This document shows, piece by piece, positions 47,372-60,100 of a stretch of DNA of 64,000 nt. This stretch comes from Pocillopora verrucosa (lineage: Eukaryota). The position numbers and the translations under genes were made by a program. The stretch is from positions 315,991 to 379,990 of the forward strand of contig NC_089312.1 of assembly GCF_036669915.1 (NCBI RefSeq), read 5' to 3'. Every line of letters begins with the position of its first letter. Position 1 is the first letter of the stretch. The notes beneath the pieces were generated by a model, which saw only the letters and a program-made list of their open reading frames with translations, had not been told where the DNA came from and did not search any database.

Positions 47372-47407
47372 TCAATCTTCCGCCCCGTGTGGGCGGATTG
47401 AAAACAA
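47372..47407. promoter_or_regulatory. Near-perfect GC-cored palindrome, candidate dimeric transcription-factor site in the presumed cPLA2 5' flank
   Basis: tttcaatcttccgccccgtgtgggcggattgaaaa: arms TTTCAATC..CCGCCC / GGGCGG..ATTGAAA around a CGTGTG centre. Confidence 0.25.
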
Positions 47408-49102
47408 CAACTTTCAACTTTTGAAATTGAATTACCTTTCACAAACATATATTACGAGAATTTCCTCATTTGCATCAAGTCGTACGTGCCATGAGTTTAT
47501 CCAATGCGCTATTTCATTACTAAAGCTCAGACTCATTCGCGAATAACCTTATCCATAAAACCTCTTTAATCAATTTCGAAGTAGCACCAAGCCTTTTTTC
47601 TCTGTGCGTTGAGTGAAAGTTCATCAATAGCTTTTTGCCGAATTTTTATCCGCAAGCGTAATGAAAACTATTAATCTAATATACGCTGACTACTGTTTAA
47701 AACTAGTTCACTCCACGAGTTGCCGATCTATACAGGTGTAAATTGAACGAAACGTGTATCGTAATAAGGGTGAAAATGGACTGAACTTCTATGCACCGTT
47801 CATTAAAATCTTACCGGAGTTGTTTCCATTCTGTTCTCTGTTATTCTCTTCACCTTTGCAGAAATATAATAAATAGTCCTAGTACTAATGTTTGTCTCTG
47901 ATTATGAGAAGTGGCTGGAAGGCTGTTTGTTTATATACTATTTGTAGATCCTACTTGCTGAGTCGTACGTGACCTGTGCGGCATTACGTAAAATCAATTT
48001 GCGCGTCAGAGCGTGAACCACAATAACCTTTTGAGACCCTTAAGATTAAGCCTAGCGACGGAAGTCGAAAACCTCTGTATGAGCCTTTTTTTTCAGTTGC
48101 CTATGCAGTTTTGTTTCTAAAATTCAATCCACACTTTGTGTATCACACGCAGAATTGTTTGATGTTACCCACGTACACAGTAGATATGTTTGATATCTAA
48201 TTTAATTATTAAATCATGATTCCACTACAATCTTCACAAATTACCTTTTTGCTCGTGGTTCAAGGATGGATAGACATGAATTTTACGGTAAATCACATTT
48301 ACGCATTTCAACAAATGAAACATTAAACATTTTTGATTGCGACAAGTATCTTAAAGATCCTAATTTTCGTTGGTCAAAGCTGTCTGCTATATTATTATTA
48401 TTTAACAAAAAAAGAAACAATTTGAATCATCGAGTAGAACTTTACTCGTGAGAGCGTTTATTAAATCATACAAGGAAACTTATTCTTTGTTAGTGTTTTA
48501 TGAGCCGATATCTTAGTGTGCAAAGATAATTATATTTTTTGCAGCGGCCCTTCAAGACGATTTCGCTGTGACGAAATGGCTGACGCTCTAAATGTAAGAT
48601 GAAGAAACTCTCTACAATGGCCAATTTACATGTTCAACTCCGTTGATAAAACCGCGTTTTCTCGAATGTAAACGAGAGAAGTACGCAAGACAAAGGTCTC
48701 GTATTTTTCAAAGCTTTTTAATGAGCGAAGGAAGCGCGTGATCCCTGCAGATGACGAACAGGTGCTATCAGTTCGTGACGTTTTGTGACGTAAAATACAC
48801 CGAAAGCCAGTTCAATCGGTAGCGCATGAGACCCCAAACAAAGTAAGTACTGAAACAAACGTGATTGTTACTACTTTTGCAGACCTTATCAGTATAATCG
48901 AAGATAAAGGGAGTGATTTCACTAGATGAGGGTCATAGTATAACACGCGATTTCACTGAGATTACAAGGTCCATGATCTCTACATTCCCAATACGACCTG
49001 ACACTGCTCATCACGTTTTGCTTCCTTTTTAATATCGAAGTCACGTATCTTTTTTACCTGAAGTAAATATTCTCATAGAAACAATAGTCTTCGGATCAAC
49101 GC

Positions 49103-49217
49103 CAGTATCTTAGCAACTGTGCACTTGCCCCTCCCCTAACCCAACATAAGGCCCAATTTGCGATAAGGTGACTTTTGTTGGATTAGGGAAGGGGTAGGTG
49201 CGCAGTTGCTAAGATAC
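49103..49217. repeat. Large inverted repeat (~43-bp arms, ~30-bp loop), MITE/foldback-like hairpin
   Basis: agtatcttagcaactgtgcacttgcccctcccctaacccaaca-taaggcccaatttgcgataaggtgactttt-gttggattagggaaggggtaggtgcgcagttgctaagatact; arms are ~90% reverse-complementary. Confidence 0.6.
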
Positions 49218-50442
49218 TGTGACATGGATCCAAATCTTTTTTAAAATTTGCCGCATGGAAGTGGCAAATGTAAACTCGCCTTGAGAGACTTGAGAGTCGT
49301 CCATAATATTACAATAGAACAAAAGAAATGGATTGGTCTTCTACCACAAAAGATAAGAAGTCAGGATAGAGCTTTGGTCGTTCAGCGATAAAGTTTTCCA
49401 TAAAATATGCATTAAACCAGTGGCTTACTGGCTCGTGACATTTATGACGAAAATACAATTCATGTAACGCAATACTACCATTGCTAAGGAAGAGACTCTG
49501 ATAAGAAGACTTCTCTAAATTCAAACTATCTTAGGCAAGAAAGATTCCTATAACATCTTTTTCCTAACCCCATGAAGATGAATGAGGGCAAGGAGAGTAA
49601 TTTTGATGGGTGACGATTTAAAAGGATTTTTTTTCACAAATTCGCTATCTTTTCATTATTAGTATTCATAAGTAAGATCTATGATTACACAGTACAATAA
49701 CAAGCGAACCCTCGCCGTAAAGATAAAATCTAGCTAAAGCTACTTCGATCGGAAAAACATAAAAATAAGAACAAAACAAATAATGATGAAAAAAAAAAAG
49801 ACACCAAACTGAGACAAAACAAACCGAAAACAAAAACGTAGGTAATCATGCCATAAACCACAACAAATGGATGTTATTAAATTCCCCACGCGATATTTGC
49901 GCCTGCAATATGTCCGGTGGCTTCCGGAAAATCGCAAATTCTTGATTATATGCGATACAGTTGTATTAGGTCAATATCCTGACAACTATAAGATGTACTA
50001 TTCCAAAAGTTCGAGCGCTTCTTTAAACCACAAAAATTTCAAACATTTGCAAACTGCTTAACCACATCCCATTGACCCTCTCCTCAGAGAGTGAAAGAGA
50101 GAAAGAGAGACAGTCGAAATCTACTTTCAACTTCCTTTGAAAGGAAATGTGTAATTTTCGCGGAAGACATACTAGTTTGAATTGTTTCTGTACTCACGTA
50201 CTCACGAGCTCGTCGAGAGGACAAGGGGTAATCACGTAGAACAACTCCATAGAAAAACCTGTCGGCTGACAGTCGGCGCACTGTTGGCCGACTGACGACC
50301 GATGGGCTTTTTCAGGGAGTTGTTGTTCACAATTACCCCACTTTCGGTCTTCTCTGAAAACTGATTAAACAACTGGTCTGATGGAAAAGCAGTTATGAAC
50401 ATCACTTCACGGATTAAATACGAACCAACAAAATTACGAGCT

Positions 50443-50518
50443 CCCAGTTGGTAGAGCACTGCACTGGTATCGCAGAGGTGATGGGTTCAACTCCCGTACA
50501 GGCCTGAAATGTTTTTTT
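50443..50518 (+). pseudogene. tRNA-like Pol III unit (A-box, anticodon arm with GGT, B-box, T-run) lacking a pairing 5' acceptor strand: tRNA pseudogene or tRNA-derived SINE head
   Basis: gaGCTCccagttggtaGAGCactgcactggtatcgcagaggtgatgggTTCAACTcccgtacaggcctgaaatgttttttt. The D-stem GCTC/GAGC, the T-stem/loop ATGGG-TTCAACT-CCCGT and the 3' acceptor strand ACAGGCC are present. The upstream 7 nt (AAATTAC) cannot pair with the 3' strand. A T7 terminator follows. Confidence 0.5.
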
Positions 50519-52914
50519 CATATGATATTCATATATCCACAGTCATTCAGAATAGAATGCTCTAAACAAGTTTTTCTTGAGGTTTAATTGTAGTTACATT
50601 CCACATAAAAGGAAATCTTGGATAAGGGAGTACAAACCCACTAAATAGTTCTTTTCACAAGAGATGATCAGCAAACAAGATAAATTGGCTGCATAATAAC
50701 AATTGATTAAAAACAGGAAGGAAGGGAAAAAAGGAGTTTTTTCCAAAAAAATTGCCAATCACTGGTTTGATATCAGTCCACGTAATCAACAATTCACCTT
50801 AGAGCTGTCAAAAGACATTATACATAAGAATATTTTCTAAGAATCCTTTACAGTTTATTTCTCATTTATCTTATTGATAGATGAAGTGGTTTTTTTTTTC
50901 ATCCTCTTTAAATTTTAACAATTTGTGTGGCAGTTTGAAGTTGCTCCAAACAATTTTGCCTGTTATGATCTCAACACTCAGAATGGAAATTGACATTTGC
51001 TTACTGGCAGTGTTAAATTTTGTTCTTAGCATTATTAGCCTATTTCTGGTGACAACATTCTACTCACAATCCAGTAATGGCAGTTACTGAGATGTTTACA
51101 TTAAATTCAACTGGAGTGCTTGATTTGTTGAGAGGTAGAGCACAGAACTGCCTTGGCACATTCCCACAGCAGAATATGTCTATTGATAATGCAGATGACA
51201 TGCATGTTTTTTTTCCAGTGTTCTTTTCCTGTGTATAACTTGCCATTTAGTCCCACTTGCTTTTCACATGTCCATGGTTATGTGCCGATGTTGAAACTGT
51301 CTGTTTTTCTCCTCCAAAATTCATGTAACCCAGGAACAATACACAGCCAGCAAGTGCAACTGAACCTCCAATCATGATCACTTTGTTCTAGATTTAAGAA
51401 TGAAGAAAATAAAATTATGCAATGCTTTCCTTCTAACAATGCTTCTATAAATAAAATGATAATAATTTCTTGTTTCAAATAATCAATCCTCTATGTAAGG
51501 TACATAAGTACCTGACAGGAATATTCATTTTTTTTATTTTAATGTCTATAATACTTAGGTTTCACAACTTTAAGAATGTTAGTAGTCATACATATTTATT
51601 GAAAAAAAAAGATATATAGACAGGAAGTTAACACAACAAATGCTGATGCAAAATTTCATTGAACATTACAGACATTAGCACTTGACAAAATTTTAGGCAA
51701 ATTGAAGCAATGAGGCCTCTTTCTTACATTTCACTTTGTTTCCTCTGTGTTTACAGGTATCCTATCGCTAAATCAGCCTGAATGTTTGGCAAACCAGTTA
51801 ACCCTTTAACTCCAAAGATCTGATTATTAACCCTTTATACACTAACATCAGTGTGTATATTCTCCATACTGTCATACATACATTTCCTAAGGTGCTGACA
51901 AAGAGAATCTGTTTAATAATCAAGAGCTTGTTAATTTATTTTTTTTATTTTTTCTTCACTCTCATGACCTTAATGAGTGATTTAGGGGTGATATTGTAAG
52001 GAGAAAATAGATGCTAGTCACTCTTAGGGGTTAAAGGGTTAATTCTTCCCTACAGCTGTGACACTTTTCATTGTAAAATAGTGACAGGGCTTTGGTGTTA
52101 GATCAAGATAACAACTTCAACCTTTAAGGAGAAGTTACACAATAACCACATCCGGGAGTTAAGATATGTAGCAATTATTGTAGGTGTTTGTTCACTGGGG
52201 AATTAGGAAGCTGCACGAGGAAGTGTGGAAGAGTGAATAGGGATGGTTTTCATAGAGCTTAACGGATGAGTCATTATCTACTAACTTAATGAAATGTATA
52301 ACATAAATCGAAGTCAGTCCGAGAGTGATCTCTGAAGTTTATTGCTTTACCATTGAATCAAATAAAATGAGAATAAACCTAGGATACTCACAGGTTTGAT
52401 AAATAACTCCGGATTGATCAATCGAAATGCAAGTGTGGATTGTCTTGCAGATTTCTTTTCTGATGAAGACGCCATCTTGTTTACAAATATACTTCTTGTG
52501 AGGAACTGGATACCAACATTAGTGTCCAGTCTCTTTGGATAGAATGGAACGCCTGATTGTTATTGCATAGTGGCAAGTGGAGGGGAACTTTTATTCTAAA
52601 GCTTACCATCGTGGTTTAAATTAAATTCACAGGTTATAGGAATTCTATACAGCTGCACACGAATATGCAAAGCTTTAAAATTTTCCACCAAATAGAATTA
52701 AAAAGGATGCTTTAGAGTAAACTCGAGGCTCAACCAAGTGGCTTCCAGGTACTGTGGTCATGTCCTTTTCATCAAACTCAGTCGAAAAAAAAACAAAACG
52801 TCAACGAAATGCATATTTTAGCTTTGACGATGACGTCGTGGTGGTGACAGGGTGGGGGTGACTGTTGGTGACAGAGGTGGTGACAGTGGACAGGCTCTCT
52901 CACCTTTTTTCTGT

Positions 52915-53045
52915 CCCCCTTACCCCCTTTATCCATTTGACTGACTGACTATTGGTTGACCGACTGACATAAGGACTAACTGACTGCCTGACGAATTAGT
53001 CACAGTTTGCCTGACGATCTGACTAACTAATTGACCGAAGTTGCA
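52915..53045. repeat. TGAC-rich imperfect repeat block
   Basis: ttgactgactgactattggttgaccgactgacataaggactaactgactgcctgacgaattagtcacagtttgcctgacgatctgactaactaattgaccg. Confidence 0.8.
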
Positions 53046-53857
53046 CCGATAGGAATTTTTAACAGCTACAGATAATTCCCATAAATAATCTATAAACGAA
53101 CTGAAGCGTTTGCAATTTCATAGCCTGCACATATGGTTGTTGTCGAATTTCAGTAAAGCTTTTTTTTATCGTCTCAAATAATTTCATTTCTGAGAACAAA
53201 GGAAACAAGTCTTTGAGGAATCAATCAAACTGACCAGACTGACTCACTAAAGAGTTGAATGTTCCTTCCATTTCTATCACTGTAATTCGTGATTGTAATG
53301 TTTAACGAGCGGCTTTTAACATTGCCTCTAACTGAAGATACCTGTCACACTTGTCAGACCTGTCAGCTAATCCTCTCAATCCCGAGGTCCAATAGCCAAT
53401 TCTCATCAATGTCACCATACATTTCTCATAATTTCGTCTCCACGAATTTAGAGCTGAATCAAACGATAACCCCTTATCGATGTTTTCTTTCTTCTCATCT
53501 CCTTCGGCCTTTGAAAGTGTATTGGTATTGTATGACTGAAAATTGTAGCGGAAAAGATGACCACAGCTTACTTCCCCGGTTTCCCTGTAACTCACTTTAT
53601 CTAGGTGACTGTAATTACATGTCATTACTGTTAATACATAGTACAGTGTGATTAAACTCGTTGATTTCCGTCGAGAGCGCGAGATTGTTCTTTGTTCTAT
53701 TTCCAGCCTTGTAAGCATTGCCGATTGTAAAATGCTTGAATACCTTTAGAATAAGTGACTCGCCTTCTTTAGGATACAGACGTTTATCTTCTCTGAGAAT
53801 TGCAAAATTTATCTCGGACATTTAGCCAATATTTATTCACGGAAATGCTTACGTACG

Positions 53858-53912
53858 ACTAACCGTAAAACCGTAAAACCGTAAAACCGTAAAAACGACT
53901 AAAAACCGTACG
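53858..53912. repeat. (CCGTAAAA)n tandem repeat
   Basis: aaccgtaaaaccgtaaaaccgtaaaaccgtaaaaacgactaaaaaccgtacgac. Confidence 0.85.
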
Positions 53913-54131
53913 ACTAACTACGACTTTTGTTTCTTCTTTTAATACTCATCATCTGAAAACGGTAAAATGCATAATTTTCGTGTGTTCTTAATACATTCTT
54001 CTCATTCGTGAAAGGCATTGATTATCTGCTGTTTGTATCCAGTAACCTTTGACAAAATACAAAAATGTCGAGTGACTTTATTAAACATATGAATCAATTC
54101 TTCATTTTACGTCATTTTGAGGTTTGTATTT

Positions 54132-57100
54132 CTACAGTCCATCCAGAAGTTGTCGTGCTTTTGGTCCAGCTTTACTGGCAAAGAAATAAGCTGGTTTTTC
54201 AAGTCCAAGACCATGGAGATATCGAGCATATTCCGTATAGACTGCGTGTACCAGGGCAGCTGATATCAGTATGTTAAGGACATATTCTAAACAGTAAGAT
54301 TTTGTTTTAACATGTCTCACGCCTTAAGCGAGACCTACAGGAGACAGAACGGCTGCCTCAAGTCTTCACAACCTATTATCCAAACCTTTTCCCTCATGCA
54401 TAAACAGCAGAGTTTATATCGATTACCGTGGCATAAATTACCATAAGTATCCGTTCTCCACCTGGTTGCGACGCTAGTTAATCCCGGGTAATCAGCCCTT
54501 ACCCCACCCCCCTGCAATTCCGTTTTGTAGCCTTCCCGAGTACTTTTGCAGAAGAGTTACTCAAAAGGCCAGAACACATTAATCCTGGCGAGCGCTAAAA
54601 CATCGTCGAATTATGCAATCAAACCCTTTTTTTGAGAGCGCTCCGCCGAACAACATATTTCAAGAGGATACTGTTCTTTTCGTCTGATGGCGAAAGAAAG
54701 CCGTATTCTTGGCAGGCTTCGGCAAACATTGCTGCTCGGTCAAAGTAACGCATGCTGAAAATGAACAAAAATGTAATTTTGATGACTATTAAATACTTCA
54801 AAAACTCTGGAGTAAAACTTTCAGTTCTTGTTCATACCTATAGAGCATATCAAGCGCCTTGTAGAACTTTCCCAAGGACAGTAGCACCAAAACAGCTTTG
54901 CTCTGTTAGAGAAAGGGTATTAACAGAAACTTTGATTAAAACAAATAGCAAACTTGCCCTTGCAAAAATTTGTCCATGAACAGTTTATTAGAGACAATTT
55001 CTCAGAGGCACCAGAGACTGTTCTTTGCAATAAGTTCTACAAAGTAAAGCTACTTCTTTAGGGAAAAGATTACGGTTACAATGGAAAAAAGGTCCAAAAA
55101 AAATATTTGTAAAATACAACGGGTAAAACGTGTAAATATCTTTCCTTACACTATTGGCCTAAACATATCGCAAACTGGGGAATATCGTATGATTGCTCTC
55201 ATTTTGATTCGCCATGTACCATTTTTAGGCTGTTTGCATGCGAGAGGAAAATATCTAGTTTGTCAATGATATTTACGGGTGTCGCTAATTTAGTATTTGT
55301 TGTGATTTTCTTTGTTCTATCCTGACCTGTTGACTGGTGTGTGTACTGGAGAGATGTTCAATCCATCTTCTAACCACCTCTGCACAGTCTGGATAGCTCA
55401 GAGTTGCCTGCAATAACAAGCACAATGGGACCTTGATTGAAAAACAAAAAAACCAAACCAAAACAAAAAAAAAAACCCAAAAAATCGAAAACAAAAAAAA
55501 ACTGCAGCGCTAATCGAATATTTGCTGAAATCGCGAAAGTAATCCGGGATTACTTTGTCTTTGCTTCACCTCGCTCTGTGTTTGGTCCAGAAACTGGCGC
55601 CATCCTCTTAACCAATCAAACGTAAAAGGAGGACCAAACGTGGTTTGGTCACCCGCGTTTTCCCGCGCTTTTGTTAGTTTGTCCGTTTTTACTATGAGTT
55701 TTCCTTGGCTAATGTTGATGTTATCCTTTTTTATGATTATCCAATTTTTCGACAGTCAACTGCATGGTGCCCTTATACGAACAACATATATGCGTAAGAG
55801 AGGTATCGATACCTAAATCTTACTAATTTTATAACTCACCTTACAGTAAAGGTTATTACGATATAAATAACAAACATTTTCGCATTTTGGTTGAGAGGAT
55901 GGCGCACGCTTCCCAGATGTAATAACGCAACACCAATGGAATCCCAGGCTGCAATCGATACTGATTAAATATGCCCTATTTTGCGGTTTCCCAAGAAAGG
56001 AAAAGTGGTGACTTAACAGAGAAACACTGGAGGAGAACAGGAAATTGTTCAGAGGGCGAAGATATTACCTTTGCTAGCCACGCAGCCCTATCCCATTCGC
56101 CATATGTCTGAAGATAACGGCAGGCATCCAATCCCTTGTCAATCAAACAGAGGAGCTGAACTCCCTCTGTACATAATAACAAAAAAAAGATTCATTATGA
56201 ACCCGCTCAACATCGGCAGCTACGTTGCACATGCCCGTTAATTGCCACGATAATGCTCACCTGCAAGTTTACCACTAGCGATGAGATTTGTGGCCACAAG
56301 TTTGATGGTGCTCTGTGAAGCACCCGACGAACGAATCGTGGCCACAAGACAGGCCCTATGGAGGAAAAGGATGAGAGGTAATAAAAGGGAATGAAAGCGT
56401 AGGGAGGACGCTCCTATTGAGAAATATTTTAGTCCATCCTTAAGACACTGGAAGAGGCCACAAAAAGCTAATCACTTCAACATCTTGTTTCGTTTTCGTT
56501 TTTTCTTTTTCTATTCAGTGAACCTTTTGATCAAATGCCGTGAAACAAATTCAAAGTGGTCACAAATGCCAATCAGAACTATGGTAACACGATGAACCAA
56601 TCAGAACTCAAAGGAAATGCATGTAAAAGGCCTAAAGCGCGGGAAAACGCTAGACTTAATTGTCGTGATTGGTTTAAGTTTTGCATCTAATTGGCTGAGA
56701 AGGTGGCGCGAGTTTTCTTGACCAATCAGAGCGAAGTACATCAAAACTAATGCAAATTCAGAGAACTTGCGACAAATAAATGCACTATCACCGAACTCAG
56801 TCCCCGAGTCAAATTTTGGTACCAAGTAAATTTATTGAGCAAAAAATTGATGTTCAAGAATACCTTAGAGAGTCCACATAATAGTTATCATTGGCGGAAT
56901 CTGTCTCGAGGAACAACTGCACTGCTCTGTCTGCCTGTAACAAAATCGTGTAAAAAGTAAATAAATAAAAAAAATAATGTAGCGAAGTTAAGGCAATAAT
57001 TGTATCACTAAGCCCTTCTTCCTGGCGAAAATCTCTTGAGGCTGACCACAGCCCAAACGTTCAAGGCTTGCCTATTACAAAGCGAACTACAGGAAATGGA

Positions 57101-60100
57101 CCTTACAGAATATGGTTGTTTTTTTTTTCACGTACAAAGGGGGAGAGCTGAGCTGTAAAAGAAGAACTGAATTTACCATACTTTATCGAAATTGAAACTG
57201 TAACAATCTATAGATCAAGCTTTACTTGCCATTTTCATCAACAAAAACATAGTTTGATGAGTATACAAAATAAATCAAAAGTCAAACTGTGTTCGTACTT
57301 GTCCCAAGAGCACCAGAGTATCGGCACATTTTTTCGTATGTTCATATGTGGATCGTTTGCTGTCATGTAGAGCGAGTCGGTCCAACTGACTCCTCTGAGA
57401 AAAGATCAAAAGATGCAATGGTTAAAAAACTGAATCATTACAAACTCCTGTCCACCGATTGAGGAAAAGCCATACCTAAAGTGAAAAGAAGTACTACATG
57501 ACTTTGCGTACTCCTCTTTCCAAACAGAGTCACCAAAGAAATACTCGGAAGAATTTTAAGGATTTTTTTGTACAACTAGACGACGCCTATGATTGTTTAA
57601 ACTTCCCAAAGAGTCTTCCTGTTTTTTTCCGATACGGAAAATGCAGCGCTTTTCTTTGTTGTTGATTTCTTAAATTTGGCTACTAGAATCCAAACAATAT
57701 CTTTCACGATTTAAAACCACTCTGGTGAAATTTTTACAAAACACAGAAACAAGCCTTTCCTTTTGAACTGGTCGTTCTGGAAGGTGGTTGGTGTGGGCTG
57801 ATTGACTGCAGGCGCCATGAGTGACCGTGGTTTTCCAGTAAGTAGAGGGGAAAGGAGTAGAGTTACAGCCTTGTTGGAGCAGGTGTAAGGAAGCACATTG
57901 TTTATTTACTTACTAAAGAATCGACTCACCTGGAATGCATCAGTATCACTAAGGATGTCGTAACAAGTGTCGAGGGAGACTGGGTAGCAGCAACAGGTTT
58001 CGCTTCCATTCGTACCAGTCTCCTCTTGGCCACACAATTCTAGGTCATCGTCGATTGACAGCAAGTCCAGGCTCCTAGCACTAAAGCTCCGCTTGAGCTT
58101 AGCTGTAGCCTCGGACGGGTTGAAGAGATCAGCTGAGTATGATCGTGCACGATTGTACAAGGGCTGATGGTCACTCTGCAAGGTAAACAAAAATCAACAA
58201 CTGTGAACTCATAAGGACGTTTTTAAGCGCGGCCAGTCCTCTAATGAAGGCAGACATGGTAAGTGCATTATAATTTGGATTTGAGGTGTCTGGGTTTGAG
58301 CGATAGAGGTAGATCGGGAGGCGGGGTGGGGTGGGGGAGATACTGGCGATAAACTATTCTGTCAACCAGGAGGGAGTAGTCAGAAAGTCGAGTCAGGTTA
58401 TGGATCAGCACCTATGTACCACTAAACTCGTAAGACTAACCTCCCTCCTGACTGTTACACAACCTAAGTAGTTTTTTTCTGCTGAGGATAATGTTATTAT
58501 TAGTTAAATTAACACGTACCTGATGCTTTGCACACAACAACCTGGCTTTTTCTCGTCTGAGGAAGTGAAGAGCAACTTCCCAAAAGGCTGTTTCGGATTC
58601 ATCTCCAAATAAACTAAAATGATAAATTATAAGGAGAGACTTAAGTCCAGCCGCAATTCACGCGCAAACGAGATTTGAAACTAACTCTTGGCAGTAAAGC
58701 TAATAACGTACAGAGAATAGCTCTCCTTGTTAATTCACTGATGATTACAGATTTAACAGCCGAAGTAATCCGTATATCAAATGGCGCAAACCCAAGAGTG
58801 TTGAACAGAACATACTAACTTGATTGAAGGATTGAATCTGACCCAAAGCTTTTTTATGAGACTGAACTTACAAAGCAGCAAGGTAGCACTTCTGTGCAGT
58901 CCCTAGAGTCGAATTCTGGAGCAGATTTTCAATGGCCCTGTACGAAAAAAAGAAATTTCCTATTACCAGAGTTTCAGCTTTATCGTCTGTTATATGTTCT
59001 GTATGGGAAAGAATGCAGTCATCGGGTAGCAACAGTTGTGAACTTTTCTCAGGAATCTCATGAGAACAGGCCGTGAAGTGCAATTTCCTCCCAAAGACAA
59101 AAACATTCTTGTACTCACAATGGAATCATTTTTAGTTGATCTTGAATTGCACTGACAGATTCTTCTTTCTTGATTTCCCTAAACCGAGTAAAGAACACAA
59201 AGTAAATGAAAAGATGTTGAGAGACTTTAGCAATAGAACTGACAACAGGAAAAGCTTTACTTTCTACCCAACAATTGAGTGGAATTTGTCACCGTTTGTG
59301 CTTTCCTGATTTGTGCTCCTTTTTGTGTTTATCACCAATAACATTAAAAAACCCTCAAAATTTATATTTTAATAATTTCCTCCTTGTAATGGAAAGTACA
59401 GCTTAGTATCAATTAACAACTAGAAACCGAAGTGGAGGTGGTTAGTGGTGTATATTTACCGAGCCACAAAACTAAAAACAGTGAGATAACATAGCACAAA
59501 AAGATGACTTTAACTCATTTATTTCCTCAACGATTGCCAATTTTCGGGATCAAATCCTGCGCGCATCGCTCGGAGGTGAATAACAAAGGATATTCGGAGT
59601 TTTAGTAGCCAATCAAAACGCGCCTTCAACACTATCCAGTGTTTAAGTATAAGCTTAAAGTAGGATGTAGAATAATAGAGATAGTAAGTTTTGAACTTGG
59701 TAAAGGAACAGAGAAACATGTTTTTTGTCTTGTCACGAGCGTGGGACAAAGAAAAAATTCTGAGTCTCCATGTGGAATCAAACCTCAGACCTTCGGATTT
59801 CCGTGCTCCGATGCTCTACTACTTTACCGAGCTCAAGACTTACCATCTCTTTCATTCTATATACAAAAATGACGCTATCGACATTGCTAATCTTAGTATG
59901 CAGGCCGCGTGTCATATGAACTTCGTAATAGGCCTCGCTCACCGTAGAGTATCTGTGGCTCAGTGGTCTGAAGTTCGATTCCTCATGGGGACTCAATTTT
60001 TTCTTTGTCCTACGCTCGTGAAAAGACGAAAAACATCTTTCTCCAAACTAGGATACGTTCTACAAACACTACCTCTACACATAGCAAAACAAATACATCT

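Noticed and set aside
48566-48583. Tiny plus-strand first exon ATGGCTGACGCTCTAAAT|GTAAGA (MADALN) with nearby TGACGTAA CRE-like sites at 48770-48795
   Set aside because: Six codons plus a donor can occur by chance, and no downstream exons were found. It is noted only as a possibility.
56601-56825. 74-aa minus ORF inside the WDR11 locus
   Set aside because: It does not match WDR11 and lacks splice-site context. The WDR11 exons in this interval are 56261-56355 and 56069-56166.
59941-60000. Possible tRNA gene (GGCTCAGTGG A-box and GGTTCGATTCC B-box)
   Set aside because: The boxes are only ~4 nt apart, so no cloverleaf is possible. It is a SINE-like fragment present as an inverted pair.
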